A program made the translations under genes and the position numbers. Of a stretch of 64,000 bases of DNA, positions 49,401-60,050 are shown in pieces. The notes beneath the pieces were generated by a model. That model saw nothing but the letters and a program-made list of their open reading frames with translations. It was not told the DNA's origin and searched no databases. This DNA comes from a marine bacterium AO1-C. Lineage in GTDB: Bacteria; Bacteroidota; Bacteroidia; Cytophagales; Microscillaceae. Position 1 is the first letter of the stretch. Each line of letters opens with the position of its first letter. The stretch lies in assembly GCA_001890965.1 (NCBI GenBank), contig MLAY01000008.1:552341-616340 (forward strand), read 5' to 3'.

Positions 49401-50141
49401 ATCTTATCACTTGTATAATTTTCCTTACTTATCAAGAACATATTCAAATATACAACATTTGTCAAGCCAATATTTAACACATTCCATTCAGGGCATTTAC
49501 AATACACGCTTTTCAATTCAAATTTTCACATTTGCTCGTTGACTCTATTTTGAGAACACACCTGTAAACGTTTCGAACGCCTCTACCTTTTGGCTCTTGC
49601 TCCCTTAAAACGACTTCGTAAAGGAGAGTATCAGGATTGCATTTTTTTGTAAAATTCTTTTAACCTCAGGTTTGATATCTGTCTGGGCTAAACACACTGC
49701 AACAGGATATTAAACACTTATAATCAAGCATTTTGCTTTTCACTGTGTATGATGAAGTTCCTTTGGGGAGTTGGGGTTATTAACCAAATCACCTCTGATA
49801 CTTTTACTTTCAGGACATAATCGAGATAATTCAATTCAAGGCATTGTATTCTTATACTCTTCGCTTACCAAGGCTAATTGAAAATCTAATAACTGCAAAA
49901 ATCATAATGCATTTAGTCTGCTTTTTATCAAACCTTTAAGCATCTTCATTATGAATTCTCAACGCTTTTTATGTTTGACAATACCGTAATTTCAGATTAA
50001 TTTATATAGTTTAGGTTTAAATTTTCTTCCACAAGAAAAGGCAATAATAATGTTTCGTAAATACCACTTTCTGCCTTTTCCTCATTTTTCACAAAATCAT
50101 CGGGTAGAGCACAAAATAGCTCTTTTAATAAACAGTACACA

Positions 50142-52373
50142 ATGTCTTATACAATACCTGTTCTCAAAAAATGTGGTTATCTAGGGAATAAAGCTGCCTA
50201 TTTTTGCTTCTGTTGGGTCATTTTTCTAAGTAATTATACAACATTTGCCCAAAAGCAAGCCCAGATAGATTCTCTTTCAAAGGTGTTCAAGTCAAATATA
50301 TCAGACAAGGAAAAAGTAAATGTATGCTTAAAACTGGCTCGAATATACTTGGAAATAGATTCTTTGGCCACTGTTCAATACGCTGACCAAGCGGTACAAT
50401 TGGCCAACCAAATCAATGACAAGAAAGGAGCCATTAATGCATTTTACTTACTGGGTAAACTCAACACCCGAAAGGGCAATTACGCCAGGGCAAAAATGTT
50501 TCAGCAACAAGTTATCGAACAGTCCAAAACCATTAATTATTTGGTGGGGCAAGCGAAGGGACTCAGCGAGCTTGGAAGTATCAACGATGAAGAAGGAGTA
50601 TACGAAAAAGCCTTGGATTATTGCTTACAAGCTTTAAAAATCAACCAGAAGCTAGATAATCAAGAAAAAATAGCAGACAATTATAACCTCATTGCCATTG
50701 TATATGCCAACCTGGGCAATGAAGACAAAGCCATTGATTACTTCAATCAATCATTTTCAATCAAACAACAATTAGAAGATAAAAAAGGTATGGCCATCAC
50801 GCTAGGTAATATAGGAACTCTACTTAGCAACCAAGAAAAATACCAGGAAGCCTTGAAGTATCACCAACGATCACTCATTCTGGAAAAGGAAATAGACAAC
50901 CAAGTAGGCATCGCCCTCAGCTACAGAAGCATAGGGGACACTTACCTATACCTAAAGCAATACGAGCGAGTCTTAGACTATTATTCTAAATCTTTGAAAA
51001 TCATCAAAACCATTGGGGCAAGTGTGTATGAACCTCAGGTTTTGTTCAGTATTGGAACGTTGCAGGCCGAGCAAAACCAATGGAAAGTAGCCAAACAATA
51101 CTTCTTGGATGCTATGAAAATAGCAAAAAAAATGAAGCTTATCCGTCTCATGAAGGATACCGCAGAACAACTAGCATTGGTACAAAAGAATTTAGGGAAT
51201 TATGAGGCTGCTTACGAAGCTCAGGTGCTATTCAAGAAAATGGCCGATAGCCTGAGAAACGATGAAGTTACTCAAAACGTGACTCGATTAGTCGCAGAAT
51301 ACGAATTTCAACAAGAAAAGGATTCTATCAAGTTTGCGAATAAAGCGCAACGCATTGCCCTAGAGAAAGACATCGAAAACAGAAAAGTTACCCAGCAAGC
51401 TACCTTAATAGGCATCGGGTTGTTGGCTCTATTGGCCTTGATCCTGTTTTTGTTTTTCCAATCCAAACGACGCTCCAACAAGCTTTTAACCGAAAAATCT
51501 AAAGAGTTGGAAACCGCCAACGGAGAACTCCAAGCAGCCAATAAGGAGATTCAGACTATGAACAAAAAGCTTAGCAAGACCCTCGATACCGTAGAACATC
51601 AACGCGACGATATCCTGAGTAGCATTCGGTACGCCAAGCGCATTCAAAACTCTATTTTGCCTCGTGAAAACTATTGCAATCATGTGCTGCCAACTCATTT
51701 TATCTTTTTTAAACCTCGAGATGTGGTTTCGGGAGATTTTTACTGGTTATCAAAAATCAATCAGAAGGTGATACTGGCCGTGGCAGACTGCACGGGACAC
51801 GGAGTACCTGGCGCTTTTATGTCTATGGTGGGCAACGACCTACTCAATAACATTGTGAAGGATAAAAAAGTAGATCAGCCCCACTTGATTTTAAATCAGC
51901 TCCACAAAGAAGTGAGGCAAGCCTTGCACCAAGATGAAACCAACAACCGTGATGGTATGGACATTACATTAGTAAGCATAGACACAACCAATAAAAAACT
52001 GGAGTTTGCTGGGGCTAAAAATCCTTTAATTTATGTACAAAATGGGCAATTGAACCAAATAAAAGGGGATCAAATGTCGATTGGAGGAGAACAACTGGAG
52101 GGAGAAAGAATTTTTACCCCACATGAGATTGATATTACCCCACCTACTACTTTTTACCTGTTCTCGGATGGGTTTCAGGATCAGTTTGGAGGTCCCAAAG
52201 GGCGAAAATTCCTAACACATCGTTTTAGGGAATTGTTGTTTGAAATACACGACCAAGAAATGGCCGCCCAACACACCACCTTGGAGCAAACCCTAAATGA
52301 TTGGATGAACTATAAAGAGCAACAGCTTGGTCAAATTGATGACATTTTGGTAGTAGGTGTAAAAGTTGAATAG
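50142..52373 (+). CDS. Tetratricopeptide-repeat sensor protein with a transmembrane segment and a C-terminal SpoIIE/PP2C-like phosphatase domain
   Basis: Multiple TPR-like units (AINAFYLLGKL, LDYCLQALKI, AIDYFNQSFSI, ALKYHQRSL). TM helix (LIGIGLLALLALILFLFF). Coiled coil. SpoIIE-type motifs (SGDFYW, VADCTGHGVPGAF, FLFSDGF). Confidence 0.75.
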   Translation: MSYTIPVLKKCGYLGNKAAYFCFCWVIFLSNYTTFAQKQAQIDSLSKVFKSNISDKEKVNVCLKLARIYLEIDSLATVQYADQAVQLANQINDKKGAINAFYLLGKLNTRKGNYARAKMFQQQVIEQSKTINYLVGQAKGLSELGSINDEEGVYEKALDYCLQALKINQKLDNQEKIADNYNLIAIVYANLGNEDKAIDYFNQSFSIKQQLEDKKGMAITLGNIGTLLSNQEKYQEALKYHQRSLILEKEIDNQVGIALSYRSIGDTYLYLKQYERVLDYYSKSLKIIKTIGASVYEPQVLFSIGTLQAEQNQWKVAKQYFLDAMKIAKKMKLIRLMKDTAEQLALVQKNLGNYEAAYEAQVLFKKMADSLRNDEVTQNVTRLVAEYEFQQEKDSIKFANKAQRIALEKDIENRKVTQQATLIGIGLLALLALILFLFFQSKRRSNKLLTEKSKELETANGELQAANKEIQTMNKKLSKTLDTVEHQRDDILSSIRYAKRIQNSILPRENYCNHVLPTHFIFFKPRDVVSGDFYWLSKINQKVILAVADCTGHGVPGAFMSMVGNDLLNNIVKDKKVDQPHLILNQLHKEVRQALHQDETNNRDGMDITLVSIDTTNKKLEFAGAKNPLIYVQNGQLNQIKGDQMSIGGEQLEGERIFTPHEIDITPPTTFYLFSDGFQDQFGGPKGRKFLTHRFRELLFEIHDQEMAAQHTTLEQTLNDWMNYKEQQLGQIDDILVVGVKVE

Positions 52374-52574
52374 ATAATTGTCCGAACATTATCCTCTTTT
52401 AAGCTTTGCGCCTAGAAAGGGTGAAACAAGTTCTTTGATTTTTTACCTTTACAAGAAGACCTTTGACAAAACGCTGGTTTTAGTGCACTATACTACTTCT
52501 AATACCCAAAAACCCACTAAAGCTAGCGAATGAGTATCAAAACAATCAAACTTAGTAGATTTTATGGCGGATGT

Positions 52575-53558
52575 CTATTGCTTACCCAGGGTTTTTCGAT
52601 ACCCTACGGTGATTTCAGTGGCCGTTCTCTTATTTTCTTGTGAGACAGCAATATCATAACTTACCCCAACAAAAAGATTTTTGAAAGTATAATCTAAGCC
52701 TACAATTACCAAACCCTGACTCCACCAAGCCCCCATCCCAAGCATATGGTTTGGTTGGAGACGATATCTACCCAAAGCTCCCACATTCAATTGAACAAGT
52801 TGGTTTTCTAAAATCCAGCGGAAGTTGGGTTGTAAACTAAATTTATCCGTATTGAGTACTTCTATTCCACCATTGATGATGAAATGAATTGGTTGGGTTA
52901 CGGCATCGGCTGAGCCAATAAACTCAAAATCAGGCTGATTGAGGTGATAAGCGGCAACTCCAAAAAAGGATCTATGTTGTCCAAAATCCCCTGATTGATA
53001 CCACAAAACACCTGTGTTGAAAGAAACCACCCCTTTGGTTCTGATTCCTCCCGACAGTAACGGATCGACCGTAGGTTGTCCCAACAAGTCTTGTTCACTT
53101 TGCAAAGCATCAGGGTTGAGCGATTTCCGTAAATAACCCACTTGGCCTCCAAAGCTAATAAAATGATGCTTGGCCAGCTTTACATTATGGGCATATGTCA
53201 CTCCAAAACCAATCGTTTGCAAGGAGTTGCCCAAGGTTTGATCCTGAATGATGTGTACACCAGCTCCCCCCCATCGTTTACCCTGTCCAGTGGAGCCATC
53301 TTCTTTTTTAGCTTTATTCACAAATGGGCGAATAAATGACAACATCGGATTAGAAAAACTTTCGTTCCCCCCAAGCATTTCCCGACGATAATTTATCAAT
53401 ACCGTCATTTGATTATTGGCAGCTACCCACGCTGGATTGACCAGCAAAGGTGATTGGTGGAATTGAGAATATTGTTGGTTTTGAGCCGACAAATGTAAAA
53501 AGGGCAAGCTCAGTAAATATATGATTATACTACAAGTAATTATTTTCTTCTGTATCAT
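52575..53558 (-). CDS. Type IX secretion system membrane protein, PorP/SprF family
   Basis: 327 aa. Signal peptide then QQYSQFHQSPLLVNPAWVAANN, the canonical PorP/SprF N-terminus. Sits directly downstream of a type-B C-terminal-domain cargo gene, as is usual. Confidence 0.75.
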   Translation of the reverse strand: MIQKKIITCSIIIYLLSLPFLHLSAQNQQYSQFHQSPLLVNPAWVAANNQMTVLINYRREMLGGNESFSNPMLSFIRPFVNKAKKEDGSTGQGKRWGGAGVHIIQDQTLGNSLQTIGFGVTYAHNVKLAKHHFISFGGQVGYLRKSLNPDALQSEQDLLGQPTVDPLLSGGIRTKGVVSFNTGVLWYQSGDFGQHRSFFGVAAYHLNQPDFEFIGSADAVTQPIHFIINGGIEVLNTDKFSLQPNFRWILENQLVQLNVGALGRYRLQPNHMLGMGAWWSQGLVIVGLDYTFKNLFVGVSYDIAVSQENKRTATEITVGYRKTLGKQ

Positions 53559-53604
53559 AGTATCTTCTCTAAATGATTAATTAAAAAAATCAGTGTGTTA
53601 GGTT

Positions 53605-56391
53605 TTATCTTGCTAGTTTCACAACCCCTCGTAACACCCCTTCTTTACCTGTGGTAGTAAGATATGACACTTCATAGACGTAGATTTTAGCCGTAGCATT
53701 TGCCCCATCCCATCCCTGGTTGAGGGCCTCCTCTACATTATTAGTGCTATACACCAGGCGATATTTGTCAAATACTTTGAAGCTAACTCTTTGTAATTGG
53801 AAAGATGATATCACTTTGAAATAGTCATTATTTCCATCACCATTGGGGGTAAAGATATTAGGTACAAATACTCCAACCTTTCCTATTCCTGTGACTGCGG
53901 GGGTGACTTCAAAACGCTGACTAATATTAGGGGCAACATTATAATTCGAATTTCCAGCCTGACTTGCCGTAATACTGATAGTACCTACCCCTATAATGGT
54001 GACGGTACTGCCAGAAATGGTAGCCACTGCTGGATTAGAACTGGTATAGGTCACGGTGAGGCCCGAACTGGCAGAGGCTGTAAGATCAAAGGCTGCATCT
54101 CCTATTTTTTTTGCAGCAAGGGATTCAAAGGTGATCATTTGATCACCTTTATCCACTACTAAGGCGTGTGTTACATCAGGAGCCGCATTATAATTCGCAT
54201 TTCCAGCCTGACTCGCCGTGATATTGGTAGTACCCGCTCCTACAATCGTTACCGTACTGCCTGAAACAGTAGCTACTGCTGGATTGGAACTAGTATAAGT
54301 CACGGCTAGCCCAGAACTTGCCGTAGCATTTAGATTGAAAGGAGTATCTCCAAAAGTTTTAGTAGCATCTGTACCCAAGATAAAATTAATGGTTTGGTCA
54401 GCCTTAGAAGTAGCAGTGTTGGCTTCACCTCCAGTACTCTCAAAAGTATTTGTACCACCGCAATCGCTGTAAGCAAATACTTTGAAATAATAAGTAATTC
54501 CTGAATTCAACCCAGTAACTGTAATACTTGGATTAGTCGAAGTACCCGCATAAATCACTTGCTCACCTGCTCCTACCCAAGTCAGACTTGCAGTTGGTAA
54601 AGTACCATCAGTAGGGGTTGTAAATGTATTGGTGTTATTGATTTTAACTACATAACCAACAGCTCCTCCTGCTGGAGCAGTAAAACCAGTAAATACTATG
54701 CTATTGATGGTGGCAGTGCCCAACATAATCCCAGTTACTGGATCATTAGGCCCATTACAAAGCGTGTAGGTTTCATCAGTACCTGGCTCATTGCTTGGCA
54801 AAGTATTACCCGCCAAATCAGTAATGGCTACTCCCGTTGCGAAATTCAAACCAAGCGTACCATTCAACGTCGCCAAGTCTCCACCAGAAACTACCACATC
54901 ATAAGTAGAGGCGGTCAATTGAGTCACCGTAATTGTGGCTCCAGTTGGCCCTACTGCTTCAAAATCAGATAAACCCACTCCGGTTACATCTTCGCCAAAG
55001 GTCGCCAAGAAAGTAATGGCATCCGCACTGGTGACTTGATTAGCTGGCGTCTTACGGGTAAAACTCACTACAGTTGGCGCAGTATTATCCAACCCATAAG
55101 TATTTACATTAGTGCCAGTGGGGGTGGTATTCGCTAAGGCATTTCCTGCAATATCGGTAATGTTCTGACTTCCGTTAAAACTCAAAGTAACTGTACCATT
55201 TAGACCAGCTATATCTCCACCAGAAACGGCTACTTCATAGGTGGTCCCCGATCCAGTTACATTAATCGCAGCTCCAGTAGGGCCAGTCACCTCAAAGTCA
55301 GCATCATCTATGGCAGTCACTGCTTCGTTGAATACCACTTCAAAGGTAACTACATCGGCATTGGTAGGACTCCCTGTAGGTGTTTTTCGGTTAATACTAG
55401 TAACTGTAGGGGCTATCGCATCATTGGTACCGGCAAGGTTAAATGTGAGCTGTTTGTCTCCTGAGGCAACATTACTCCCTGGTGTCCAATTTGTAAAACC
55501 CGAACCAAAAATATTATTTTGATCCCATAAGTGAAATTCAGTTCCTGTCCCATTGGTTGTTCTTTCCCAAAACCAACGCCCTGAACCTCCATCAAAATCT
55601 AATATAGGAGTTACTGAAAGCCAATAAGTTCCTGCAGGTATCGCTAAAGGAGCCGAAAGCGACAATGTCAAATTAGGATCGTTCTGACCATTGACTGCGG
55701 TCAATGTTTCCTCATAAAAAACTCCATCAGGCAAACCGGTTACCCCATTTGAAGACCAGATGCGCACTAATATTTGATTGATAGGATCCGCACCTTTAGA
55801 TCCTACTGTACCGATCTCCCATATTTTCCAATTTTCTCCAGCAGGCACTGTAAAGTCATCTGCGGTAAAAACAATACCACCCAGATCAGTAAAATTCTGT
55901 GACGTAATCCCAGCCACATTCGCGTCTTTAGGTAATTGAGAAACAAGGGTGCTGGTGTATGCCGGAACCACAACACTCTTTAATCTGATGTTGGTGGTTA
56001 CCCCAGTACTTGCCAAAGCCAATCTCTCGACCCGCATTCCTCTCACACTAGCAGCAGCTACTCTTACTTGAATGGCAACAGTCGTATTGATATTGGTGAC
56101 CGTGGTGGTAGTATTAGTCACAAAAGTAGCTCCTCCGTCTACCGATATTTCAAAATTTGCTGGAACCGTTACCGTTATATTTTCTGTGAGGCCAGTACTG
56201 GTAATGTCTACCGATTGTGTGGTTGAGACTGATCCTTCGTTTGCACTAAAACCATTGAGGACTGTGGCGCTCGGAACAATGGTTTGAGAATGTACCTTCA
56301 GACTAATGAGAAGGCAAAGATTTAACAACCCTATAACAATAATTTTTTTACTGCGAAGGGTTGAATGGCTATTGTGGAAGGTATACTGCAT
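53605..56391 (-). CDS. Large cell-surface adhesin with Ig-like tandem repeats and a type IX secretion type-B (gliding-motility-associated) C-terminal sorting domain
   Basis: C-terminal VPNIFTPNGDGNNDYFKV is the T9SS type-B C-terminal-domain hallmark. Two near-identical ~50-aa repeats (TYTSSNPAVAT(V/I)SGSTVTI(V/I)G(A/V)GT..ITASQAGN(A/S)NYN(A/V)AP). Thr/Ser/Gly-rich beta repeats throughout. Confidence 0.75.
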   Translation of the reverse strand: MQYTFHNSHSTLRSKKIIVIGLLNLCLLISLKVHSQTIVPSATVLNGFSANEGSVSTTQSVDITSTGLTENITVTVPANFEISVDGGATFVTNTTTTVTNINTTVAIQVRVAAASVRGMRVERLALASTGVTTNIRLKSVVVPAYTSTLVSQLPKDANVAGITSQNFTDLGGIVFTADDFTVPAGENWKIWEIGTVGSKGADPINQILVRIWSSNGVTGLPDGVFYEETLTAVNGQNDPNLTLSLSAPLAIPAGTYWLSVTPILDFDGGSGRWFWERTTNGTGTEFHLWDQNNIFGSGFTNWTPGSNVASGDKQLTFNLAGTNDAIAPTVTSINRKTPTGSPTNADVVTFEVVFNEAVTAIDDADFEVTGPTGAAINVTGSGTTYEVAVSGGDIAGLNGTVTLSFNGSQNITDIAGNALANTTPTGTNVNTYGLDNTAPTVVSFTRKTPANQVTSADAITFLATFGEDVTGVGLSDFEAVGPTGATITVTQLTASTYDVVVSGGDLATLNGTLGLNFATGVAITDLAGNTLPSNEPGTDETYTLCNGPNDPVTGIMLGTATINSIVFTGFTAPAGGAVGYVVKINNTNTFTTPTDGTLPTASLTWVGAGEQVIYAGTSTNPSITVTGLNSGITYYFKVFAYSDCGGTNTFESTGGEANTATSKADQTINFILGTDATKTFGDTPFNLNATASSGLAVTYTSSNPAVATVSGSTVTIVGAGTTNITASQAGNANYNAAPDVTHALVVDKGDQMITFESLAAKKIGDAAFDLTASASSGLTVTYTSSNPAVATISGSTVTIIGVGTISITASQAGNSNYNVAPNISQRFEVTPAVTGIGKVGVFVPNIFTPNGDGNNDYFKVISSFQLQRVSFKVFDKYRLVYSTNNVEEALNQGWDGANATAKIYVYEVSYLTTTGKEGVLRGVVKLAR

Positions 56392-56394
56392 AAA

Positions 56395-56691
56395 TCAAAG
56401 TGAGTTTTTTGTAAGGGTAATTCGACTTGGGTTGGGACTCAGATTCCTGGCAGCATCAATTTGCTGGGTGACAAGACTTTGAGGTCTCTCCGAAATGGTG
56501 AAATCATTGGTTGTATGAAGGATTACCCGATCTGTACTGGCATTTCCTTTTGGGGCCTGAAACTTTTGCGTATTTGCTAGTATAACCAGCCCTAAGGCCA
56601 GTGACCAGATCAACCTGCCTACCTCCTTTCTGGTTGTTATCTTCCTGATTGTCTTCATTTTAGTGGTTATTGTATGCTTAAATTGTATCAT
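56395..56691 (-). CDS. Small hypothetical protein with one predicted TM helix, immediately upstream of the adhesin gene
   Basis: 98-aa ORF. Hydrophobic stretch LIWSLALGLVILA. No other support. Confidence 0.3.
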   Translation of the reverse strand: MIQFKHTITTKMKTIRKITTRKEVGRLIWSLALGLVILANTQKFQAPKGNASTDRVILHTTNDFTISERPQSLVTQQIDAARNLSPNPSRITLTKNSL

Positions 56692-57428
56692 AACTCTATG
56701 CTTTGTCTTTCAAAAGAAGCAGTAAAAAAGATGTATTCTATCATCTCTCAATTTTGCAAAAATGATTAGCCAAGGATAAAGCATGTATTGATCACTACCT
56801 GTCTTGATCATCAATATTGACAATCTTTTACAAGAGTAATCGCGATCTGGTGAACAAAATTTATGTGGTATTTATACAAATAATCGGTTTGGGTGGAGTA
56901 GTTCACAAACACTGAAAAGATTATTTGTTGGTGTGGGTGAAAGGTTAAAAATAAGCAAATAATTTTAAACACAGAAATACGGATTTTGCCAACTGCTTAG
57001 GCATCCAAGACAAGTTTCGCCAAACATTCCCTGATTATATCCAAGAATGTATCGCGAAAAACCCTTCTAATCAAGAGACTAAAAGTTGCAAAAGAGGGTG
57101 GGATCAATGGGTATTTTTTGTGTACTCAAGGCCTTGCGCTCAGAAAGCACAAATCCTCGGTAAAACACTTTTACTCAAAACAAGTCAGCAACGGATTCTC
57201 ATTGAAAAGCACCAAATCATCCTTATTTCCTGGTTGCCAAAGCTTTTTTCTTCTTATAACTGTCCAGTCCCATCATAGAGGCACTGAATGCCTATGTGAC
57301 AAACAATAGACAAGCGAAATCTGTGGTTAAACGATGATTTTAGCGTTGCTTTGTATTCAAGGCTGATGCATCAATCAGCTTCTACCGTATTTCTGTTATT
57401 CAGTACCAAGGCTTGTGTTGAAGATGAA

Positions 57429-58070
57429 TCAATCAAACCGCCGCCTAAGCCAAATAATGAAGAGCAGGAGGGTGAAGACTAGCCCCAAAACTGAAATAAT
57501 GAATAGGTGGGTCGGCATGTTGAGAACATTAACTACAAGGAATATAAGCGCTACAACATACACAACAATACCTGCAATGAAGATCAGAGTTGAGCGATTA
57601 GAGTTAGTTTCTCCTTTTTTCTTGGATAAAGTTTTTTTAGGATGTCCTTTTCTGGATTGAGAAGATTTCAGTTCATTAATAACATGATATGCTTGCTTCA
57701 AATTAGGGTTTATCTCAGTGCAGTTGTAAGCATATGCCAGAGCTTTTTCTTTGTCTACTTTTTTACGCTGCTCACGCCATTTGCCCGCATATGCCTGAGC
57801 CAGCCCACATAGCCCCTTATCATTATTGGGTGCTAATAAAAGCAATTGTTCATATTCTTTGATCGCATCGTTGTAGTTGCCCGCACGACGATGATTATGA
57901 CCACGAATAAGGTAGTCTTTCTTAGCTTTGGCAAGTTCCTGAATGTTGAGTCCTAATTTTTGGGCAATGTCTTGCAAATCTTCTTCACTGAGATAATCCT
58001 CTGTTTTGGAGTTGAGCACTTCTTGTGCTTTTATAAGGTATTTTTCTAAATCCTGATCAGAGTAAGCCAT
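57429..58070 (-). CDS. TPR-like repeat protein with a C-terminal membrane anchor
   Basis: AIKEYEQLLLLAPNN and LAQAYAGK TPR-like units. Basic linker. Two C-terminal hydrophobic helices. Confidence 0.55.
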   Translation of the reverse strand: MAYSDQDLEKYLIKAQEVLNSKTEDYLSEEDLQDIAQKLGLNIQELAKAKKDYLIRGHNHRRAGNYNDAIKEYEQLLLLAPNNDKGLCGLAQAYAGKWREQRKKVDKEKALAYAYNCTEINPNLKQAYHVINELKSSQSRKGHPKKTLSKKKGETNSNRSTLIFIAGIVVYVVALIFLVVNVLNMPTHLFIISVLGLVFTLLLFIIWLRRRFD

Positions 58071-58674
58071 ATGTTTTAGGTCGTTGGTTTAAGTTTTTTG
58101 GCATAAAAAAGTTGTGCATAGCTCTAGTCCTGAGCACTTCGTTGAACGATGCAGGAATTAGCAAAAATAAAGATTATAACACAAATAGCTTTGCATTCGT
58201 TGTTTTGATGGACTTTAGAAAAACTCAAAGGGTTGTAACTTTTGCTAAACAAGTTATAAATAAAAGAGAAGTCGTATCTAGAATAGGTAGGTCTGCGAAG
58301 CGAAGAAATTCGTATTCGACATAACTAGAATGGATTACTTAGATGAAAAAGTGACTTATTTATTGTACAAATCACTTTTAACATTCATTAACAACATGCC
58401 CCCTCCTTTTCCCATACTCTTCAAGGCCTCAAAAAACAAACGAGGTTCACAGACATCGCATCCATAAAACGCTATTCCAAAATGCTTACAGGGGACTTTC
58501 ACTGACCAATATTTGATACACCCATCATTATTTCAGGTACTTTCATCCTCGTTTCAAACCTGCTCATCATTTCCCTCCTTTTCTTAACTTGAGGTAACCT
58601 ATCTTGCATTCAAGAAATAGCTATTTCCTAAACATATTCTAACCTCAAAATTATTTTACTAACCAAAAATTATT

Positions 58675-59586
58675 ATGACATACAGAAAAACATCTAGATT
58701 ATCAGTGCTTGTATTTTTGCTGGCACTTATTTTCTCTTCCTGTCAAACAAATAATGTAGACCCATTCAAAACCGATCTTATAAGCTATCAAGAAATACCA
58801 GGGCTTACAAATACAGGCCCTATCCAATTTGATATATTAACTAAAAGGGGAAGTTTAACAATTGACAGCAAATGGGAAGGGCCTGGCTCAGGTACAAAAG
58901 AAGATCCTTTTATTGTAGAAAATGTAGATATTTCGGGAGTCCTGAAAATAAAAGTGAGCAATGTTATTGTTAGAAACTTTAGGGTTAAATCTAACTCAAC
59001 TTATCCAGTGCAAGCTCACTTCAAAAAAACCAGCAATATTTTGCTTGAAAATGGTGAAGTAATAGGGGGAGTAAGATCCAGTGCAACTATTATTGCTAAA
59101 AACGGAGTTACGTTAAGAAAGCTAAACCTACACGAAACCGGAGGAGATGGTGTAAAAGTGCAAGGCAGTAACTTTACAATGGAGAACTGCTGGATTCACC
59201 ATATAGGACTTGCCGATGGAGCCCATGCCGACGGTGTGCAAGGAACAGTCAGAGGAAGTAATAAAAGATGGAAAAATCATGTCTACCGAGGAAATTTCTT
59301 TGATATGGCAGTAAATAAACTGACAGGTGATTATTCCTCAAACGCTACTATCCTTTTACATAGTAAAGGAGAAGGAGCAGGTATAGATGGTGTACTTATT
59401 GAAAATAACTGGTTGATAGGAGGGAATTTTAGCTTGCCTCTGGGAAAAGGGATTAAAGGAACAAAAATACTCAATAACAAATTTGGGCATAGAGGAGTCG
59501 AGGTTAGATTTGGGAATTTACGCTTGAAAGAAACCCCTGATTTGGTTGAGGGGAATGTATATTATGATACCGAAGAGCCAATTTAG
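58675..59586 (+). CDS. Lipoprotein with a predicted right-handed parallel beta-helix (pectate-lyase-like) fold
   Basis: Lipobox FSSCQ. Repeated G/N-rich ~22-aa beta-helix-like rungs (NVIVRNFRV, NCWIHHIGLADGAHADGVQG, GVLIENNWLIGGN). Fold call is by pattern only. Confidence 0.45.
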   Translation: MTYRKTSRLSVLVFLLALIFSSCQTNNVDPFKTDLISYQEIPGLTNTGPIQFDILTKRGSLTIDSKWEGPGSGTKEDPFIVENVDISGVLKIKVSNVIVRNFRVKSNSTYPVQAHFKKTSNILLENGEVIGGVRSSATIIAKNGVTLRKLNLHETGGDGVKVQGSNFTMENCWIHHIGLADGAHADGVQGTVRGSNKRWKNHVYRGNFFDMAVNKLTGDYSSNATILLHSKGEGAGIDGVLIENNWLIGGNFSLPLGKGIKGTKILNNKFGHRGVEVRFGNLRLKETPDLVEGNVYYDTEEPI

Positions 59587-60050
59587 AATAATTAAACCAA
59601 TGAATAGGCTTACATTCCTGAGCCTCCATCGCTGCTGGTCGTGTCTCCACAAGCAACTCGAAGGCAATAATGGGTGATCTACACGTATGTGATCTTAGCT
59701 TGCTCTCAAGCCTGCCCCTAACAAGCCATAATTCTTGACCATTATTAAACTTCGCTTTAGTAGTGTTTAGAGTTACAAAGAATTGTTGAATTCAGCTTTG
59801 GGGTTTTACAGAAAAGAGTAATCTACTAAAAGCAAAAAAGCCCTCCAACCAGAGGGCATTTTTGCTTATAAGCTATTATTCTTTAATAATTTACACCATT
59901 GGCAGTGAGGACACTACCAACAGGTTACTCCTTGATCATTTTTTGGATACTTATCTTTCGAGCCACGTGTAACTTTAAGCAAATACATACCTTTAGGCAA
60001 TGCTTGCATATCCAATAAAACTAGTTCTCAAACTCGAAATTAATCTTTTG

